Shown in pieces: positions 10,173 through 20,955 of a stretch of 64,000 nucleotides of DNA. This DNA comes from a bacterium (GTDB lineage: Bacteria; Zhuqueibacterota; QNDG01; JAFGCO01). Numbering within the stretch: position 1 is the first letter of the stretch; each line of letters starts with the position of its first letter. The stretch lies in NCBI GenBank assembly GCA_016930535.1, contig JAFGGN010000037.1:66529-130528 (forward strand), read 5' to 3'. The position numbers and the translations under genes are program-made. The notes below the pieces were generated by a model, which saw only the letters and a program-made list of their open reading frames with translations, was not told where the DNA came from and did not search any database.

Positions 10173-11384
10173 TTACAATTCAATCCTCATGGTCGTTCCG
10201 GTGCCTGGTCTGGATTCCTTGACAAACAATCTGCCCTTGTGATATTCCTCCACGATGCGCTTTGCGAGTGTCAGTCCCAGACCCCAGCCCCTTTTTTTGG
10301 TGGAATAACCCGGCTTAAAAACCCGTTTTCTGTCTCTCTCCTCCATACCCCGGCCATTGTCCTGGATCTCGATATACACGGTATCCTGATTGGCCATACC
10401 GCATCGTATCTGAATGACGCCCTCGGGTTTGTCCATCGCATCCAGGGCGTTCTTCATGATATTTTCCAGTGCCCACTGAAAAATGTCATAATTAAGGGGC
10501 CGCATAACAGACTCCCCGTAAAATTCCTGCATGGTCACGGGCTTTCCGATTTGGGGTGCCCGCCGCCGGATATATGCCGCTGCATCCCCTATGACGGCCT
10601 TCAGATCCGTTGTTTCAAGCCTCGGTCTGGAACCGATCTGCGAAAACCGGTTGGACACCTGCTGCAGCCGCTGAACATCACGCTGCATCTCCAGCAGGAT
10701 TTCGGTCGTGTTCGACGATGTCGTGTCCGACGATGTCGTATGAGATGATTTTGAGGTTTGCATGACTTCGATCCAACCCATCAGTGAAGAAATGGGAGTT
10801 CCCAGCTGATGGGCGGTTTCTTTGGCCATCCCCACCCAGATATGACGCTGTTCGCTTTTTTTCGTATTCGCATACCCGAGAAATCCCATCAAGACGAAAA
10901 GACCGACCACCAGAATTTCGACGGTGGGAAGCCATTGGAGCTGTTGTATCAGCAGGCTGTCACCGTAATACAGGTATCCTAATACCTGATCCTGATAATG
11001 GATTTTCACCGGTTCTATTTCCCGGTCCATGCGTTCCACGAGCTGGCTTACCTTTGCAAGGGCGGCCTCCGACCTGTCCTCAGGATCGATACCGATACCC
11101 TTCCAGCTGCTTGGATAATGATCCTTATCTGTATTGATAATCGGGAAATTGATTCTTTGAATGATCTCCTCAAAAATAAAACTGAGGTTCATGTCCTCCG
11201 AATCTTCCGCTTCCGCCACACGGGATAGTATTTTCGCATACAACTGGACCTGCGAGCGCGATTCCTGCCGCAGCTGCCGGACGATCTGCTGCGTATAAAA
11301 ATGCAGCGTCAGTCCCATCGCCATGGCCAGAAGGAAAAACAGGCCTCTGAGCCCCCCGAAATTTCTGATTAAAAAGGACCGCAT
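10173..11384 (-). CDS. Membrane sensor histidine kinase (orphan)
   Basis: Two TMs, H-box ETAHQLGTPIS, N-box ENIMKNA, DNGRG and GWGLGL. Confidence 0.92.
   Translation of the reverse strand: MRSFLIRNFGGLRGLFFLLAMAMGLTLHFYTQQIVRQLRQESRSQVQLYAKILSRVAEAEDSEDMNLSFIFEEIIQRINFPIINTDKDHYPSSWKGIGIDPEDRSEAALAKVSQLVERMDREIEPVKIHYQDQVLGYLYYGDSLLIQQLQWLPTVEILVVGLFVLMGFLGYANTKKSEQRHIWVGMAKETAHQLGTPISSLMGWIEVMQTSKSSHTTSSDTTSSNTTEILLEMQRDVQRLQQVSNRFSQIGSRPRLETTDLKAVIGDAAAYIRRRAPQIGKPVTMQEFYGESVMRPLNYDIFQWALENIMKNALDAMDKPEGVIQIRCGMANQDTVYIEIQDNGRGMEERDRKRVFKPGYSTKKRGWGLGLTLAKRIVEEYHKGRLFVKESRPGTGTTMRIEL
10706..10750. repeat. In-frame 15-bp tandem repeat (2 close copies plus 1 degenerate) inside the histidine kinase
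   Basis: tcgtgttcgacgatg / tcgtgtccgacgatg / tcgtatgagatgatt, encoding SSHTT-SSDTT-SSNTT on the minus strand. Confidence 0.8.
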
Positions 11385-11419
11385 TGTTTATCCTTAGCTT
11401 CAGACTGTTTCAGAATTCC

Positions 11420-13990
11420 CTATTTTGAGCTCATTTCCGGCAACTTGTTTATATCCGTCTGTCGTTTCCTTCTACCGAATCCGTATCCCGCAACCGTGCC
11501 CAGAATAAGCAAAATAAAGGCCCCCAAGCTGATTATCAACCCTGTTTTGAAAGTCGCCGGAGCAAAAACAAACTCAATATCATGATGCCCGGGTTCCAGA
11601 AAAACAGACCGGAGCACATAATCCGTTTTATAGATTGTCGTTTCCCGGCCGTCCACATAGGCCTTCCAGCCTGCCGGATAATATATTTCACTGAGCACCA
11701 TACAACAGGCGGTCTCGATGTCCGCTTCGATCCCGATCCGATGGATATCATGGTTCGTGAGCTTTGCACGGTTGTTTTCCGAGGGCTGAATCTGAAAAGG
11801 CGGATCGGCTTCGACGATGGCTGTTTCCGCCGGATCGAAGTGACCACCTGCCATGATGCCGAGTATTTCATCCGGCTCTTTAAAATGGACAACTTTTTCC
11901 GGGAAAAAAATCCTGGGCAATGCTTCGTCGAACCGAAGAATACAATTACCTCCCCGCGCCTGCTGGGGCGGAACATGAACCAATTGAAGTGATGGTTCAG
12001 GAAGCGGCACCTGACAGATCACGTATTTGACATTCAACAGTTTCAGAAACGTATGATGAATCCGCCTGGCTGCATCATTCACTTCATCGGCCGGCCGGAG
12101 ATCCGTTTTCCCGTCCACGGTTCTGATATACTTATTGCCGTAGGCCTCGGGCATGTTGAATGCCTCCATCAGCTCCTGATATATCTTGATTTTGGCGGCT
12201 GAATATCCGAAAACATTCTGAATCCGGTGATACATGTACCAGTTGGGGGACCTCTGGTATGCATCGAAAACCGTCAGAATCCGGAACGGTTCTTCCTGAG
12301 ATTTCAGATAGGAAATCTCAGGAGTTTCGCGAAAATAATTCGCCTGAGTGATTTTTGACCTCGGATGCGCCATTTTCTTGTCGACCACCCACAGATCGAG
12401 TATCATCAGGATACAAAGCGCAACGGAAAGCACGTTCCTGCTGATCAATCTTTTGAGGGTGAGCCAAATGGCCCCCCCGGTAAAAAGAAACAGAAAGAAC
12501 GCTTTGACCGCATCTTTTTGAGCCATCTCACGGGCCCGTACAGCAATGGAATTGAATGCCCTTGGATCGGCACCCGGATACTTGGCCTGCATAAAGGACC
12601 TGACCCAGCCGGAATACAGCTCCTGACTCAATGAAAGCAGGCCGATCAGTATGACAATACCGCCGGCGATCCATAAATACCGCTCAATCGCCTTGCTTTT
12701 CCTCTCCAGCTCATCCCGGGAGAGCCTGATCAGACCATCGAGTCCGAATCCTGCCAGAACGACCATGGAAAAATCGAAGAGGATATGGATCATTTTCGGT
12801 GTTCTGAACTTATTGAAAAAAGGCAGGAATTTGAACAGGGGGCCGTATAAAACAGGCAGATGCTTGCCGAAAGAAATCAGCAGCGCGACTGCAGCCAGCC
12901 ATCCGAAATACCGGACCATACGATTGCGGTTAACAATGAATGCCAGTCCCGCTAGAATCATGACCACCAGACTGAAATAAAGGGGGTAATCCGTAAAATA
13001 TATCTGTCCCCAATACGTATCCCCGCCATACCCCATAAACGACGGGACGACAAATGTCAGCATTTCGGAAGGCGGGAACGACCAGTTGGTTGCATAGCTG
13101 AAATCGAGTCCGCCCGACATGCCTCCGCCCCGTATGGAATAATGCGAATACTCCCAAACAGACATATACAAAACGGAAGAAATAAGCAGGCCGAGAATGG
13201 CGGCGCCTCCAAGCAGACCGATACTGCCAAGAATTTTCCTGAAGTCATTCTTTTCTTTAAACTGGACCACGAGCCAGTAAATGACATAGATGGCCAGCAT
13301 GATATAAGTATAATAACAGATTTGCAGATGCGCCCTGAGAAGCTGTAATCCGATGGCCAGGCCGGTCAGTGAGAAAAAAAGCAGGTTGCGCTTATCCAGA
13401 AGACGTTCAACCAGAAGAAACACAACCGGTATCAGAACAGCAGATGTGAGTTTTGTATGATGGCCGAATGCCGTATAAGAGATAAATTCCGGCATCATGA
13501 CGATTGCTATACCCGCAAACAATGCGGCCATGGAGGATGTATTCCTGCTTCGCATGAACAGAACCATCATGACTGCAAGAAGCAGATAATTGATGAAGAG
13601 GCGTGTAAAATCCGTCAGGGGAATCACTTTGCCAAAAAGCCAGATAAATCCGTTGATCACATCGCCGATGGCATCCGCATAGGGTGCACTGCTTAAACTG
13701 GCAAAACTGGGCATTCCGCTGAAAATATAGGGATTCCATAACGGAAACGTACCCTCATCCAGGGCCCCTTGAATGAAAGGCTCGTAGCTTTTCGCGGTCA
13801 TACTGTCAGGGGGCTGAAATGTCCTGTTGGAGAACATGACCGGTTCAAAATAAGCCAGAAGCAGAATAAAGATGATGCCCAGTGTCAGAATGCCGGCATG
13901 CTTTTGCCAGAAGGGCAAACCGGACGGCGCCTGTTCGACAGAAACAGGCATTACATTCTGTTTTTTAGACTTTTTGGAACGCTTGGCCAT
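11420..13990 (-). CDS. YfhO-family multi-TM (GT-C-type) glycosyltransferase
   Basis: PLWNPYIFSGMP near the N-terminus, many TMs, FRTP, and C-terminal LSEIYYPAGWKAYVDG...GHHDIEFVF. Confidence 0.85.
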   Translation of the reverse strand: MAKRSKKSKKQNVMPVSVEQAPSGLPFWQKHAGILTLGIIFILLLAYFEPVMFSNRTFQPPDSMTAKSYEPFIQGALDEGTFPLWNPYIFSGMPSFASLSSAPYADAIGDVINGFIWLFGKVIPLTDFTRLFINYLLLAVMMVLFMRSRNTSSMAALFAGIAIVMMPEFISYTAFGHHTKLTSAVLIPVVFLLVERLLDKRNLLFFSLTGLAIGLQLLRAHLQICYYTYIMLAIYVIYWLVVQFKEKNDFRKILGSIGLLGGAAILGLLISSVLYMSVWEYSHYSIRGGGMSGGLDFSYATNWSFPPSEMLTFVVPSFMGYGGDTYWGQIYFTDYPLYFSLVVMILAGLAFIVNRNRMVRYFGWLAAVALLISFGKHLPVLYGPLFKFLPFFNKFRTPKMIHILFDFSMVVLAGFGLDGLIRLSRDELERKSKAIERYLWIAGGIVILIGLLSLSQELYSGWVRSFMQAKYPGADPRAFNSIAVRAREMAQKDAVKAFFLFLFTGGAIWLTLKRLISRNVLSVALCILMILDLWVVDKKMAHPRSKITQANYFRETPEISYLKSQEEPFRILTVFDAYQRSPNWYMYHRIQNVFGYSAAKIKIYQELMEAFNMPEAYGNKYIRTVDGKTDLRPADEVNDAARRIHHTFLKLLNVKYVICQVPLPEPSLQLVHVPPQQARGGNCILRFDEALPRIFFPEKVVHFKEPDEILGIMAGGHFDPAETAIVEADPPFQIQPSENNRAKLTNHDIHRIGIEADIETACCMVLSEIYYPAGWKAYVDGRETTIYKTDYVLRSVFLEPGHHDIEFVFAPATFKTGLIISLGAFILLILGTVAGYGFGRRKRQTDINKLPEMSSK

Positions 13991-14065
13991 GACAATCTCC
14001 TGTTCGTTTCTGAAACGGACCGGCAGCGCCTGTGCTTCCGGCGGTTACGGCCCGTTGATCTGTTT

Positions 14066-15547
14066 TCAGCGACTGATGTCCCTGTCTGTTTTCCTCTTCA
14101 TCCGGAACTGCTTCCAGTTTTTAATGGCACGTAATTCCTGTACCGTATAAAAACGTGTGCACCATAGCAAAAACGGATATCCGATAATCAGAAGCGTTTT
14201 CAACGCGATTCTAAGCACAATTGATTCAATCTGAATACGGCCGGACACGACGAAAATCAGGCTCCCGATCAGGACAATTTTCAGCACACGGTCTATTTCA
14301 TACCGAATCGGATATAATTTACCCGCAACAATGATCATGAATATCATGAGAAGCGAATATGAAAAAGTGGTGCCGGCAGCTGTGCCGATGACACCGAACC
14401 GGGGTACGATCAATAAATAGACCAATATCTGTACACCGGCTGTCAGGGCCGTGATCATGGCGTAGTATTTTGTTTTACCGGTAAGCAAAACGCCCACATC
14501 GACGGTGTTGAACAATCCGTAAAAAAGGTAGGCCGCCGCTATCCAGGGAATGACCCGATATGCCTCCAGATAATCCGCTGTTGTAAACAGTGTGACTATT
14601 TCACGCGACAATACGGACAGAATAAGAAACAGGAGCATACCGGCCGCCAGAAAATATGTGAAGGACAGGCTGTAAATACGCCTGGCATTGGGCTCGTTTT
14701 TCACAGAGAAAAGAAACGGCAGCCAGGCCGTACGAAACGGGTGTACAAGCAGCATATTGACGATCATACCGAATCGCCATCCCAGACCGTATAAGCCCAC
14801 ATCATGGTCGGATTGATAAAAATGCAGAAAATACTGTCCCGTCATCGAGAGCGACCAGGCTGCAATACCGCTGGGTACGAGCGGCAGTCCGAAATGCAGA
14901 AGCTGTTTCAACAGGGCGCCGGAAAAGCCGATCCGAATCCTCTTCAGTATCATAATACCCAATACTGAGAAAATTCCCATGGAGGTGATAAGCTGGCTTT
15001 CCATGATGCCCTGTATACCACGCTCACGCACAGCCACATTGATGATATTCAACGTAACAAGCACGCTGAAATGGACGATATTCACGACCGCGAAGTGTAC
15101 GGGACGTTCCCAGGCACGGAGAAGCGACAGGATCAGAATACGGAACAGATCAAAAAACACTGCGCCGAAAATAAGCCGCAGGTACAGTGCGACCGCGGCA
15201 TCATTGAATATCAGCAAAGCCAGTCTGCCGGACAGGGCCATCAGTAGCAAGGTGACCGGTACGGCCCAGATGACATACGTGATCAATGCCGTCGATATCG
15301 TCCTGTCACGCTCATCATCATCTTTCGCCTCGTGATAGACCTTGAAAATGGCCGACTGAAATCCAAGCCCCAGAAGCAGTACAAGCATCATCTGAATGGT
15401 TTGAAGCAGGCTGTACACGCCATAGGATTCGGTGCTCAAATGCCGCGTATACAGCGGAATGAGGAAAAAGGCGATGGCCTTCACGACCATATCACCCAGA
15501 CCGTAAACCACTGTATGTGCGCCCAGTTTTTTAAAATGGTGTATCAT
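14066..15547 (-). CDS. Wzx/MOP-family oligosaccharide flippase
   Basis: LIPLYTRHLSTESYG, FGLPLVP and VGLYGLG; ~14 TMs; ATG at 15547 overlaps the upstream stop (ATGA). Confidence 0.88.
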   Translation of the reverse strand: MIHHFKKLGAHTVVYGLGDMVVKAIAFFLIPLYTRHLSTESYGVYSLLQTIQMMLVLLLGLGFQSAIFKVYHEAKDDDERDRTISTALITYVIWAVPVTLLLMALSGRLALLIFNDAAVALYLRLIFGAVFFDLFRILILSLLRAWERPVHFAVVNIVHFSVLVTLNIINVAVRERGIQGIMESQLITSMGIFSVLGIMILKRIRIGFSGALLKQLLHFGLPLVPSGIAAWSLSMTGQYFLHFYQSDHDVGLYGLGWRFGMIVNMLLVHPFRTAWLPFLFSVKNEPNARRIYSLSFTYFLAAGMLLFLILSVLSREIVTLFTTADYLEAYRVIPWIAAAYLFYGLFNTVDVGVLLTGKTKYYAMITALTAGVQILVYLLIVPRFGVIGTAAGTTFSYSLLMIFMIIVAGKLYPIRYEIDRVLKIVLIGSLIFVVSGRIQIESIVLRIALKTLLIIGYPFLLWCTRFYTVQELRAIKNWKQFRMKRKTDRDISR

Positions 15548-16725
15548 GCTGTTGTATTCAGATTCCTGTAAAGTTCGATCAGTTTTAACTGCTCCAGGTT
15601 CCAATTGTACTTTTCCAGAACGGCCTTTCTGCCCCGCCTGCCCATTTCCCCGGTCCGGTTGCCCTGAAATAATGATCTCACGCATTCCGCAAAGCTCGCC
15701 GGATTCCCCGCTTCAAATACGACGCCGCATCCGGTTTCAGTGACAATACGCTCCAGCGGACGGCAATTACTGACAATGACTGGTTTCTCCATGGCCATGT
15801 ACTGAAACAGTTTATGCGGTATAGTCGAATGCGTATGCTCCGTGGCTTCATGCGGCACAAGGCAGGCATCCGATTCGCCGATATAATCCGGTACTTCCTG
15901 GAATGGTACCCAGTCGATCATTTTTATCCGTTCCTGCAGGCCCAGATCACGGATCAGCCGGTCATAAGATGCCGCATTCCTGCCTTTTCCGATCATCCGC
16001 AACCGGATATAATACTTGTCCGAGCACAGTATCGAAATGGCGTGTATCACGGTTTCAAGTCCGCGATGGGGTCCGAATCCGCCAATATATGTCAGCAGGG
16101 GCTCCTTATTCACCGGAACGGATTTTGCGGGTAAAAACATGTCCATCTCGGGAGTGTTCGAGACAACAGAAATCCGGTCTGCATCAACTTTCAATTCCTG
16201 TATACGTCGGGCAGCTTCATCCACGACCGTGATTACGGCCGTTGCTTTCCGTACCGCATACGCTTCATATTCTTTCCACCGCCTGATATTAAAAAAAACG
16301 GATTTCAGCAATCCCCGGTCATTCCCGCCGTCCCGTAAAAGGGCCGGATAATTTTCATGAAGATCAAGCACAAGCGGTATTCGGAAACGCCGGCAGAGAC
16401 GCATGCCGGTTTTTGCCAGAGGCAAATCATGGACATGCACAACATCGATTTCACCGAGATCCAGTTTAAGGCAAATCTGATTCTCCCAGAACATATGATA
16501 GAACGGCAGCCGTTCCGCAGTGGCCTGTAATTGATAAAATGACTTTCTTAACGTCCTGAACCGGATTATTTCAACACCCTGATCGTTTTCACGAAGCACC
16601 CGGTCCCGTTTGAAAGTCGGCACGATGACAAAAACACGATGGCCGGTTTTGGAAAGTGCGACGGCTTCGTTCTGCACCCTGACATCCGGGGGGAATTCAT
16701 TGTCCAGAAGCATCAATATATTCAT
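15544..16725 (-). CDS. GT4 glycosyltransferase
   Basis: DVRV, HVHDL, DLHE and PHKLFQYMAMEKPVI; GT-B fold. Confidence 0.88.
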   Translation of the reverse strand: MNILMLLDNEFPPDVRVQNEAVALSKTGHRVFVIVPTFKRDRVLRENDQGVEIIRFRTLRKSFYQLQATAERLPFYHMFWENQICLKLDLGEIDVVHVHDLPLAKTGMRLCRRFRIPLVLDLHENYPALLRDGGNDRGLLKSVFFNIRRWKEYEAYAVRKATAVITVVDEAARRIQELKVDADRISVVSNTPEMDMFLPAKSVPVNKEPLLTYIGGFGPHRGLETVIHAISILCSDKYYIRLRMIGKGRNAASYDRLIRDLGLQERIKMIDWVPFQEVPDYIGESDACLVPHEATEHTHSTIPHKLFQYMAMEKPVIVSNCRPLERIVTETGCGVVFEAGNPASFAECVRSLFQGNRTGEMGRRGRKAVLEKYNWNLEQLKLIELYRNLNTTA

Positions 16726-18050
16726 TCATTTTCCTGCTGTAAGACTGTTCCGGAAAGCACCTTATGAAAGAGCCCGGCCAAATGTCCGGTAATCACTTTC
16801 CTGTCATACCTGTTGATCATATCCGCATCGACGGGTATATCTTCCCCCGCCTGCCATTTCCCGATCATCCTGAGGAGCGTATGGTGCACCGCTACAGGAT
16901 GCTGCGGGGATACGACCTCCCCGGCTTTCAGCGTTCGTATCAGATCGGCAGCTTCGCCTTCTGGGGCGATGGCCAGTATCGGACGTCCGGATGCCAGATA
17001 TTCATAACACTTCCCGGTAATAATTGACCGGCTCGCCCGTGCATCGTCAATAATCAGCAGCAGGACATCCGATTTCAGCATATATTCGAGACTCTCCCGG
17101 TGCGTGACATAAGGGATATGAACAATGTGATCACCGAATGCCCCGAAAGCCCGGATAAATTCAGGATCCACACGGCCGATAAACTGAACCCGGATTTTTT
17201 GCCGGTATTGCGGCTGATTTTGAAAAAGCAGCCGAAGCCCTTCGAGGAAACTTTCCGGATTCCGGTGTCCGTACAGAGATCCTGTATAGGTAATCACAAA
17301 GTGCGTCCCGGCAGTCTCCGGAGTCAGGCCATTGAAATCTTCTCTGTCAAATCCATTGGGAATAAGGGACCATTTCTCCTTGCTCACGTCCGGATGTCTG
17401 GACAGCAGATCCTGCTGAATCCCTCTGGTAACGTGTGTTATGTGATCCGCCCGCTTCAGTACGGAATTCTCCATGGCGAGATCTATCCGGCGCGATATAC
17501 CGGTCCGCTTTGGAGCAGAAAGCCAATCCACCCATGAATCACGGAAATCCGCAATCCAGGGCAAATCCGCGTAATCTGCAATCGCCCTGGCGACCAAATG
17601 CGTTGTATACGGTGGGGCCGAAGAAAATATCAGGTCAATTCGTTCGTTTTTCAGCAATTTTTTTCCGGCAGGAACGGCTGTGCTGCGCCAAAAGCATCTC
17701 GCGTCGGGGATAAAAAAATTCGAACGGACAAACTCCGCAATCCGCTCCCTCAGAGAACGTCTTCTCCGATGCAGCGTGGCCATATCGGTCCCCTGAGCGG
17801 ATGATTTGCCGGTAAAGCGATGGAATGCGCGATACGGTTCAAAAATCCGGGTACGAATCACCCTGATATCCTTTGGAATCTCATTCAAGAGGGATGAATC
17901 CCGGACCGGAAAACCCGCATTTTCATTCACCGTAAGCACGAGGGGCTCCCATCCGAATTCCGGCAGGTATTTCACGAATTTCATCACACGCTGAACACCG
18001 GCGCCCCCGGAGGGCGGGAAATAGTATGCGATAATCAATACCTTTTTCAT
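16722..18050 (-). CDS. GT4 glycosyltransferase
   Basis: YYFPPSGGAGVQR, ADFRDSW, IPNGFD and GKCYEYLASGRPIL. Confidence 0.88.
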   Translation of the reverse strand: MKKVLIIAYYFPPSGGAGVQRVMKFVKYLPEFGWEPLVLTVNENAGFPVRDSSLLNEIPKDIRVIRTRIFEPYRAFHRFTGKSSAQGTDMATLHRRRRSLRERIAEFVRSNFFIPDARCFWRSTAVPAGKKLLKNERIDLIFSSAPPYTTHLVARAIADYADLPWIADFRDSWVDWLSAPKRTGISRRIDLAMENSVLKRADHITHVTRGIQQDLLSRHPDVSKEKWSLIPNGFDREDFNGLTPETAGTHFVITYTGSLYGHRNPESFLEGLRLLFQNQPQYRQKIRVQFIGRVDPEFIRAFGAFGDHIVHIPYVTHRESLEYMLKSDVLLLIIDDARASRSIITGKCYEYLASGRPILAIAPEGEAADLIRTLKAGEVVSPQHPVAVHHTLLRMIGKWQAGEDIPVDADMINRYDRKVITGHLAGLFHKVLSGTVLQQENE

Positions 18051-19192
18051 GTCATCGCTGCTTTATCCGGATGAATCATTTCCACTACAGCTTCGGCCAT
18101 GTGTTCCCACGACTGCTGCTTCTTTTCCGCCCTGATATGGCTCTCAAATGGAATTTCATTCATGTCCCGATGAAAAAACCGTTGAACGGTTTCGGAAATC
18201 GCATCCGGGGATTGAGGAGGCACCACGTATCCCGTACGTCCGTGAACCACCTGTTCAGGCAAACCGCCAACGTCGGTGACAAGAACGGGCCGGTCATAAT
18301 GAAAGGCCACTTGAACCACTCCGCTTTGTGTGGCCGTCACATAGGGCAGCACCACCAGGTCTGCTGCAGAAAAATAAACGTTCACCTCCTCATTCGGTAT
18401 AAACCGGTCATATACGGAAACAATATCATCCAGTCCTAAATCATGGATCAATTGCAGTGTTTCGGCCTGTCCCTCGTAGAATTCACCGCAGATCAGGCAG
18501 CGGACGTCCCTGTCTTTTGAGATTTCAGGCAAAGCGAGAATGAGTGTTCTCAATCCCTTGTAGGCACGGATCAGTCCGAAGTAGAGTATAACCGACTTTT
18601 CACGAATGCTCAGACATTTTCTGGCGTCTTTCTTTTTGAGGGACGGAGGAAATATCCTGTATACGGGATGCGGAACCTGTCTGTAGCGGGCCTGCTTCCG
18701 GATTGAAAGCAGTTCATCACGCACGCTGCGGGATAATACGATATATCCGTCGGCAAAGCGCAGTCCAAGCTTCGTTAATACAATATCGCCCACCCTTCTT
18801 TCATGAGGAATGATATTGTCGCAGACAGTCACGATCCTCAGATTCATCCACCATTTGGCCAGTCCCGCCACAACCGCATAGCAGGGTGAAAAAAAAGGCA
18901 TCCAGTATTTAAAAATAAGGGCCTCCGGCCGGATACTTTTTAACCAGAGCACAGCCTGTATCCAGGTCAGCGGATTCAGTGAATCCAGAATTGCATGAGA
19001 TGAAATCGGTATTAAATCCCGGCCGGTATCCATCTGTGTTTTTCCCGGAAACAACCAGGCCGGATATTGCCGTTTAAAGGATAACGAATGGACATCATGA
19101 CCGGCTTTCCGCAGTGCCTGATACAACAGAGCCCCTGACTGGGCAATGCCCCCGCGCATGGGATAGGCCGGACCCACAATCACCAATCTCAT
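18047..19192 (-). CDS. GT4 glycosyltransferase
   Basis: GPAYPMRGGIA, FGLIRAYKG, LPYVTATQSGV and DVGGLPE. Confidence 0.88.
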   Translation of the reverse strand: MRLVIVGPAYPMRGGIAQSGALLYQALRKAGHDVHSLSFKRQYPAWLFPGKTQMDTGRDLIPISSHAILDSLNPLTWIQAVLWLKSIRPEALIFKYWMPFFSPCYAVVAGLAKWWMNLRIVTVCDNIIPHERRVGDIVLTKLGLRFADGYIVLSRSVRDELLSIRKQARYRQVPHPVYRIFPPSLKKKDARKCLSIREKSVILYFGLIRAYKGLRTLILALPEISKDRDVRCLICGEFYEGQAETLQLIHDLGLDDIVSVYDRFIPNEEVNVYFSAADLVVLPYVTATQSGVVQVAFHYDRPVLVTDVGGLPEQVVHGRTGYVVPPQSPDAISETVQRFFHRDMNEIPFESHIRAEKKQQSWEHMAEAVVEMIHPDKAAMT

Positions 19193-19193
19193 C

Positions 19194-20129
19194 TTATTCC
19201 CCCAAAAACCGCCGAATGGAATAATTCCGGTTTTTGGAATGAGACCGTGTGATCATTTCCCCGAGTAAACCGATACTGAAAAACTGCATGCCCAGAAGAA
19301 TAAACAGCACGCCGATAAACAACAGCGGCCGGTTGCTCAGGTATATGGTTTTTATGATCCGCAGAACCATGAGCGTGACGGTAATCACTGCACCAATACT
19401 GCCGAAGACGAGGCCCCACATTCCAAAGAGGTGGAGGGGACGCCGCGTGTAACGGCTGAGGAACATAATGGTGATTAAATCCAGAAATCCCTTGAAAAAA
19501 CGGGATGCGCCGTATTTGCTCCGGCCGAATAAACGGGGTCTGTGATTCACGGGCATTTCTCCGACGCTGAATCCTTCCCAGGAAACCAGCGCCGGAATAT
19601 ACCGGTGCAACTCGCCGTATATATGAACCGATTCAACCACTTCCCTGCGGTACATCTTGATACCGCAGTTGAAATCATGCAGTTTGATACCGGTCATGAC
19701 TGAAGTCATGAAATTCCAGATTTTGGAGGGAATCCGTTTGGACAGGGGATCTTTACGTGTTTTTTTCCATCCCGAAACCAGATCAAGCCCCTCATCCAGC
19801 ACCCGGATCAGAAATGGAATTTCTGCAGGATCGTCCTGTAAATCCGCATCCAGTGTGAGCACCCTGTCCCCTCTGACCACCGAGAAACCGGCCGACAAGG
19901 CTTCCGCTTTTCCAAAATTCCTCCGGAACTGAATCACACGGATCCGCTTGTCCTTCTGATGCAGTTCTTCAAGGAGTGCAAATGAACCGTCCGTGGATCC
20001 GTCGTCGACAAAGATGATTTCAAAGGAGATCTTCTGCTCTTCGCAGACAACGCTGATCTGCCTGACCAGTTCGGCAAGCGAATCTTCTTCATTGAAGACA
20101 GGCACCACGACTGACAAATCCATGCTCAT
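19194..20129 (-). CDS. GT2 polyprenol-phosphate glycosyltransferase (ArnC/GtrB/CsbB-like)
   Basis: VVPVFNEE, VDDGSTD, RNFGKA, DADLQDDP, DFNCG and HRYIP; two C-terminal TMs. Confidence 0.9.
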   Translation of the reverse strand: MSMDLSVVVPVFNEEDSLAELVRQISVVCEEQKISFEIIFVDDGSTDGSFALLEELHQKDKRIRVIQFRRNFGKAEALSAGFSVVRGDRVLTLDADLQDDPAEIPFLIRVLDEGLDLVSGWKKTRKDPLSKRIPSKIWNFMTSVMTGIKLHDFNCGIKMYRREVVESVHIYGELHRYIPALVSWEGFSVGEMPVNHRPRLFGRSKYGASRFFKGFLDLITIMFLSRYTRRPLHLFGMWGLVFGSIGAVITVTLMVLRIIKTIYLSNRPLLFIGVLFILLGMQFFSIGLLGEMITRSHSKNRNYSIRRFLGE

Positions 20130-20145
20130 ATTCTCTTTCCGGAAT

Positions 20146-20919
20146 TTATAACGGGAGCGGATTCACACTTTCAGGAATTTTCAATGTGCACCATCCCGTA
20201 TTCAACTCCTGGTTGGTTTTACGTTTCGTGTAGTAAACCGTCACTTTCTGTCTGGGTTCTTCCGTGGTAATCTGAATGGTCTGAGGCATTCTGATTCCGC
20301 CCGACTTTTTGAAACGGGATCCTTCCCAGGTCCATATCGGTTTTCCGGTCTCGTCTTTCTTTTCCCATCGCGTGATGACCGGACCTTTTGGATGAACCCA
20401 GATGCGCTCCCCGTTCTGAAAGCCATAGACATATTGACCGTCTTTCGTATAAAAAAGAGACATGTCCTTCAAATGCTCGGCGTTCATTTTCATGAGACCC
20501 AGTGCCTGTAATAAAAAATCCGCCGTATTCATATGAAAAGGAAGAAAGTCCCGGAGCGTGTCCCGAAGGGATCCTTCGAACGCCAAATGCAAATAAGGAC
20601 TGTAAAACAGTACGTCCTCGCTGCACAACCGCATCAGCGCCATATCCACGCCGAAAGGACCTTCAACTTTGGCCAGCATGGAATCAGGAAGATGGGCTTT
20701 CACTTCGAGCGTCCCGTAAAAATTACCCATCTCCGAGTTCACGAGAAGCTGCGCATGCCCCTGAATCGTACTTAATTTATCCGTATGCCGCGTGATCCTG
20801 CGCATGAGCTCACCGGGTGCCGTCTCGGGAAGCGGCCCGCTGCCCGGAAAAACACCCGCACACCGGAAAAGGCAGAGGCTCAGGCCCATGATGCAGAAAA
20901 TGAATGCCGATTTTTTCAT
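20146..20919 (-). CDS. DUF4292/LolB-like lipoprotein
   Basis: Lipoprotein-like signal (FRCAG), PDS..GPFG motif, beta-rich; directly follows a TPR gene, as in Bacteroidota. Confidence 0.6.
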   Translation of the reverse strand: MKKSAFIFCIMGLSLCLFRCAGVFPGSGPLPETAPGELMRRITRHTDKLSTIQGHAQLLVNSEMGNFYGTLEVKAHLPDSMLAKVEGPFGVDMALMRLCSEDVLFYSPYLHLAFEGSLRDTLRDFLPFHMNTADFLLQALGLMKMNAEHLKDMSLFYTKDGQYVYGFQNGERIWVHPKGPVITRWEKKDETGKPIWTWEGSRFKKSGGIRMPQTIQITTEEPRQKVTVYYTKRKTNQELNTGWCTLKIPESVNPLPL

Positions 20920-20955
20920 TGTTGAATAATCATTTCGTTCGGGACTGGCAAGCCG

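Noticed and set aside
15548..15685. N-terminal extension of the flippase ORF (similar extensions at 62932-63018 and 63774-63848)
   Set aside because: Overlap upstream genes; ATGA coupling or RBS position supports the shorter starts
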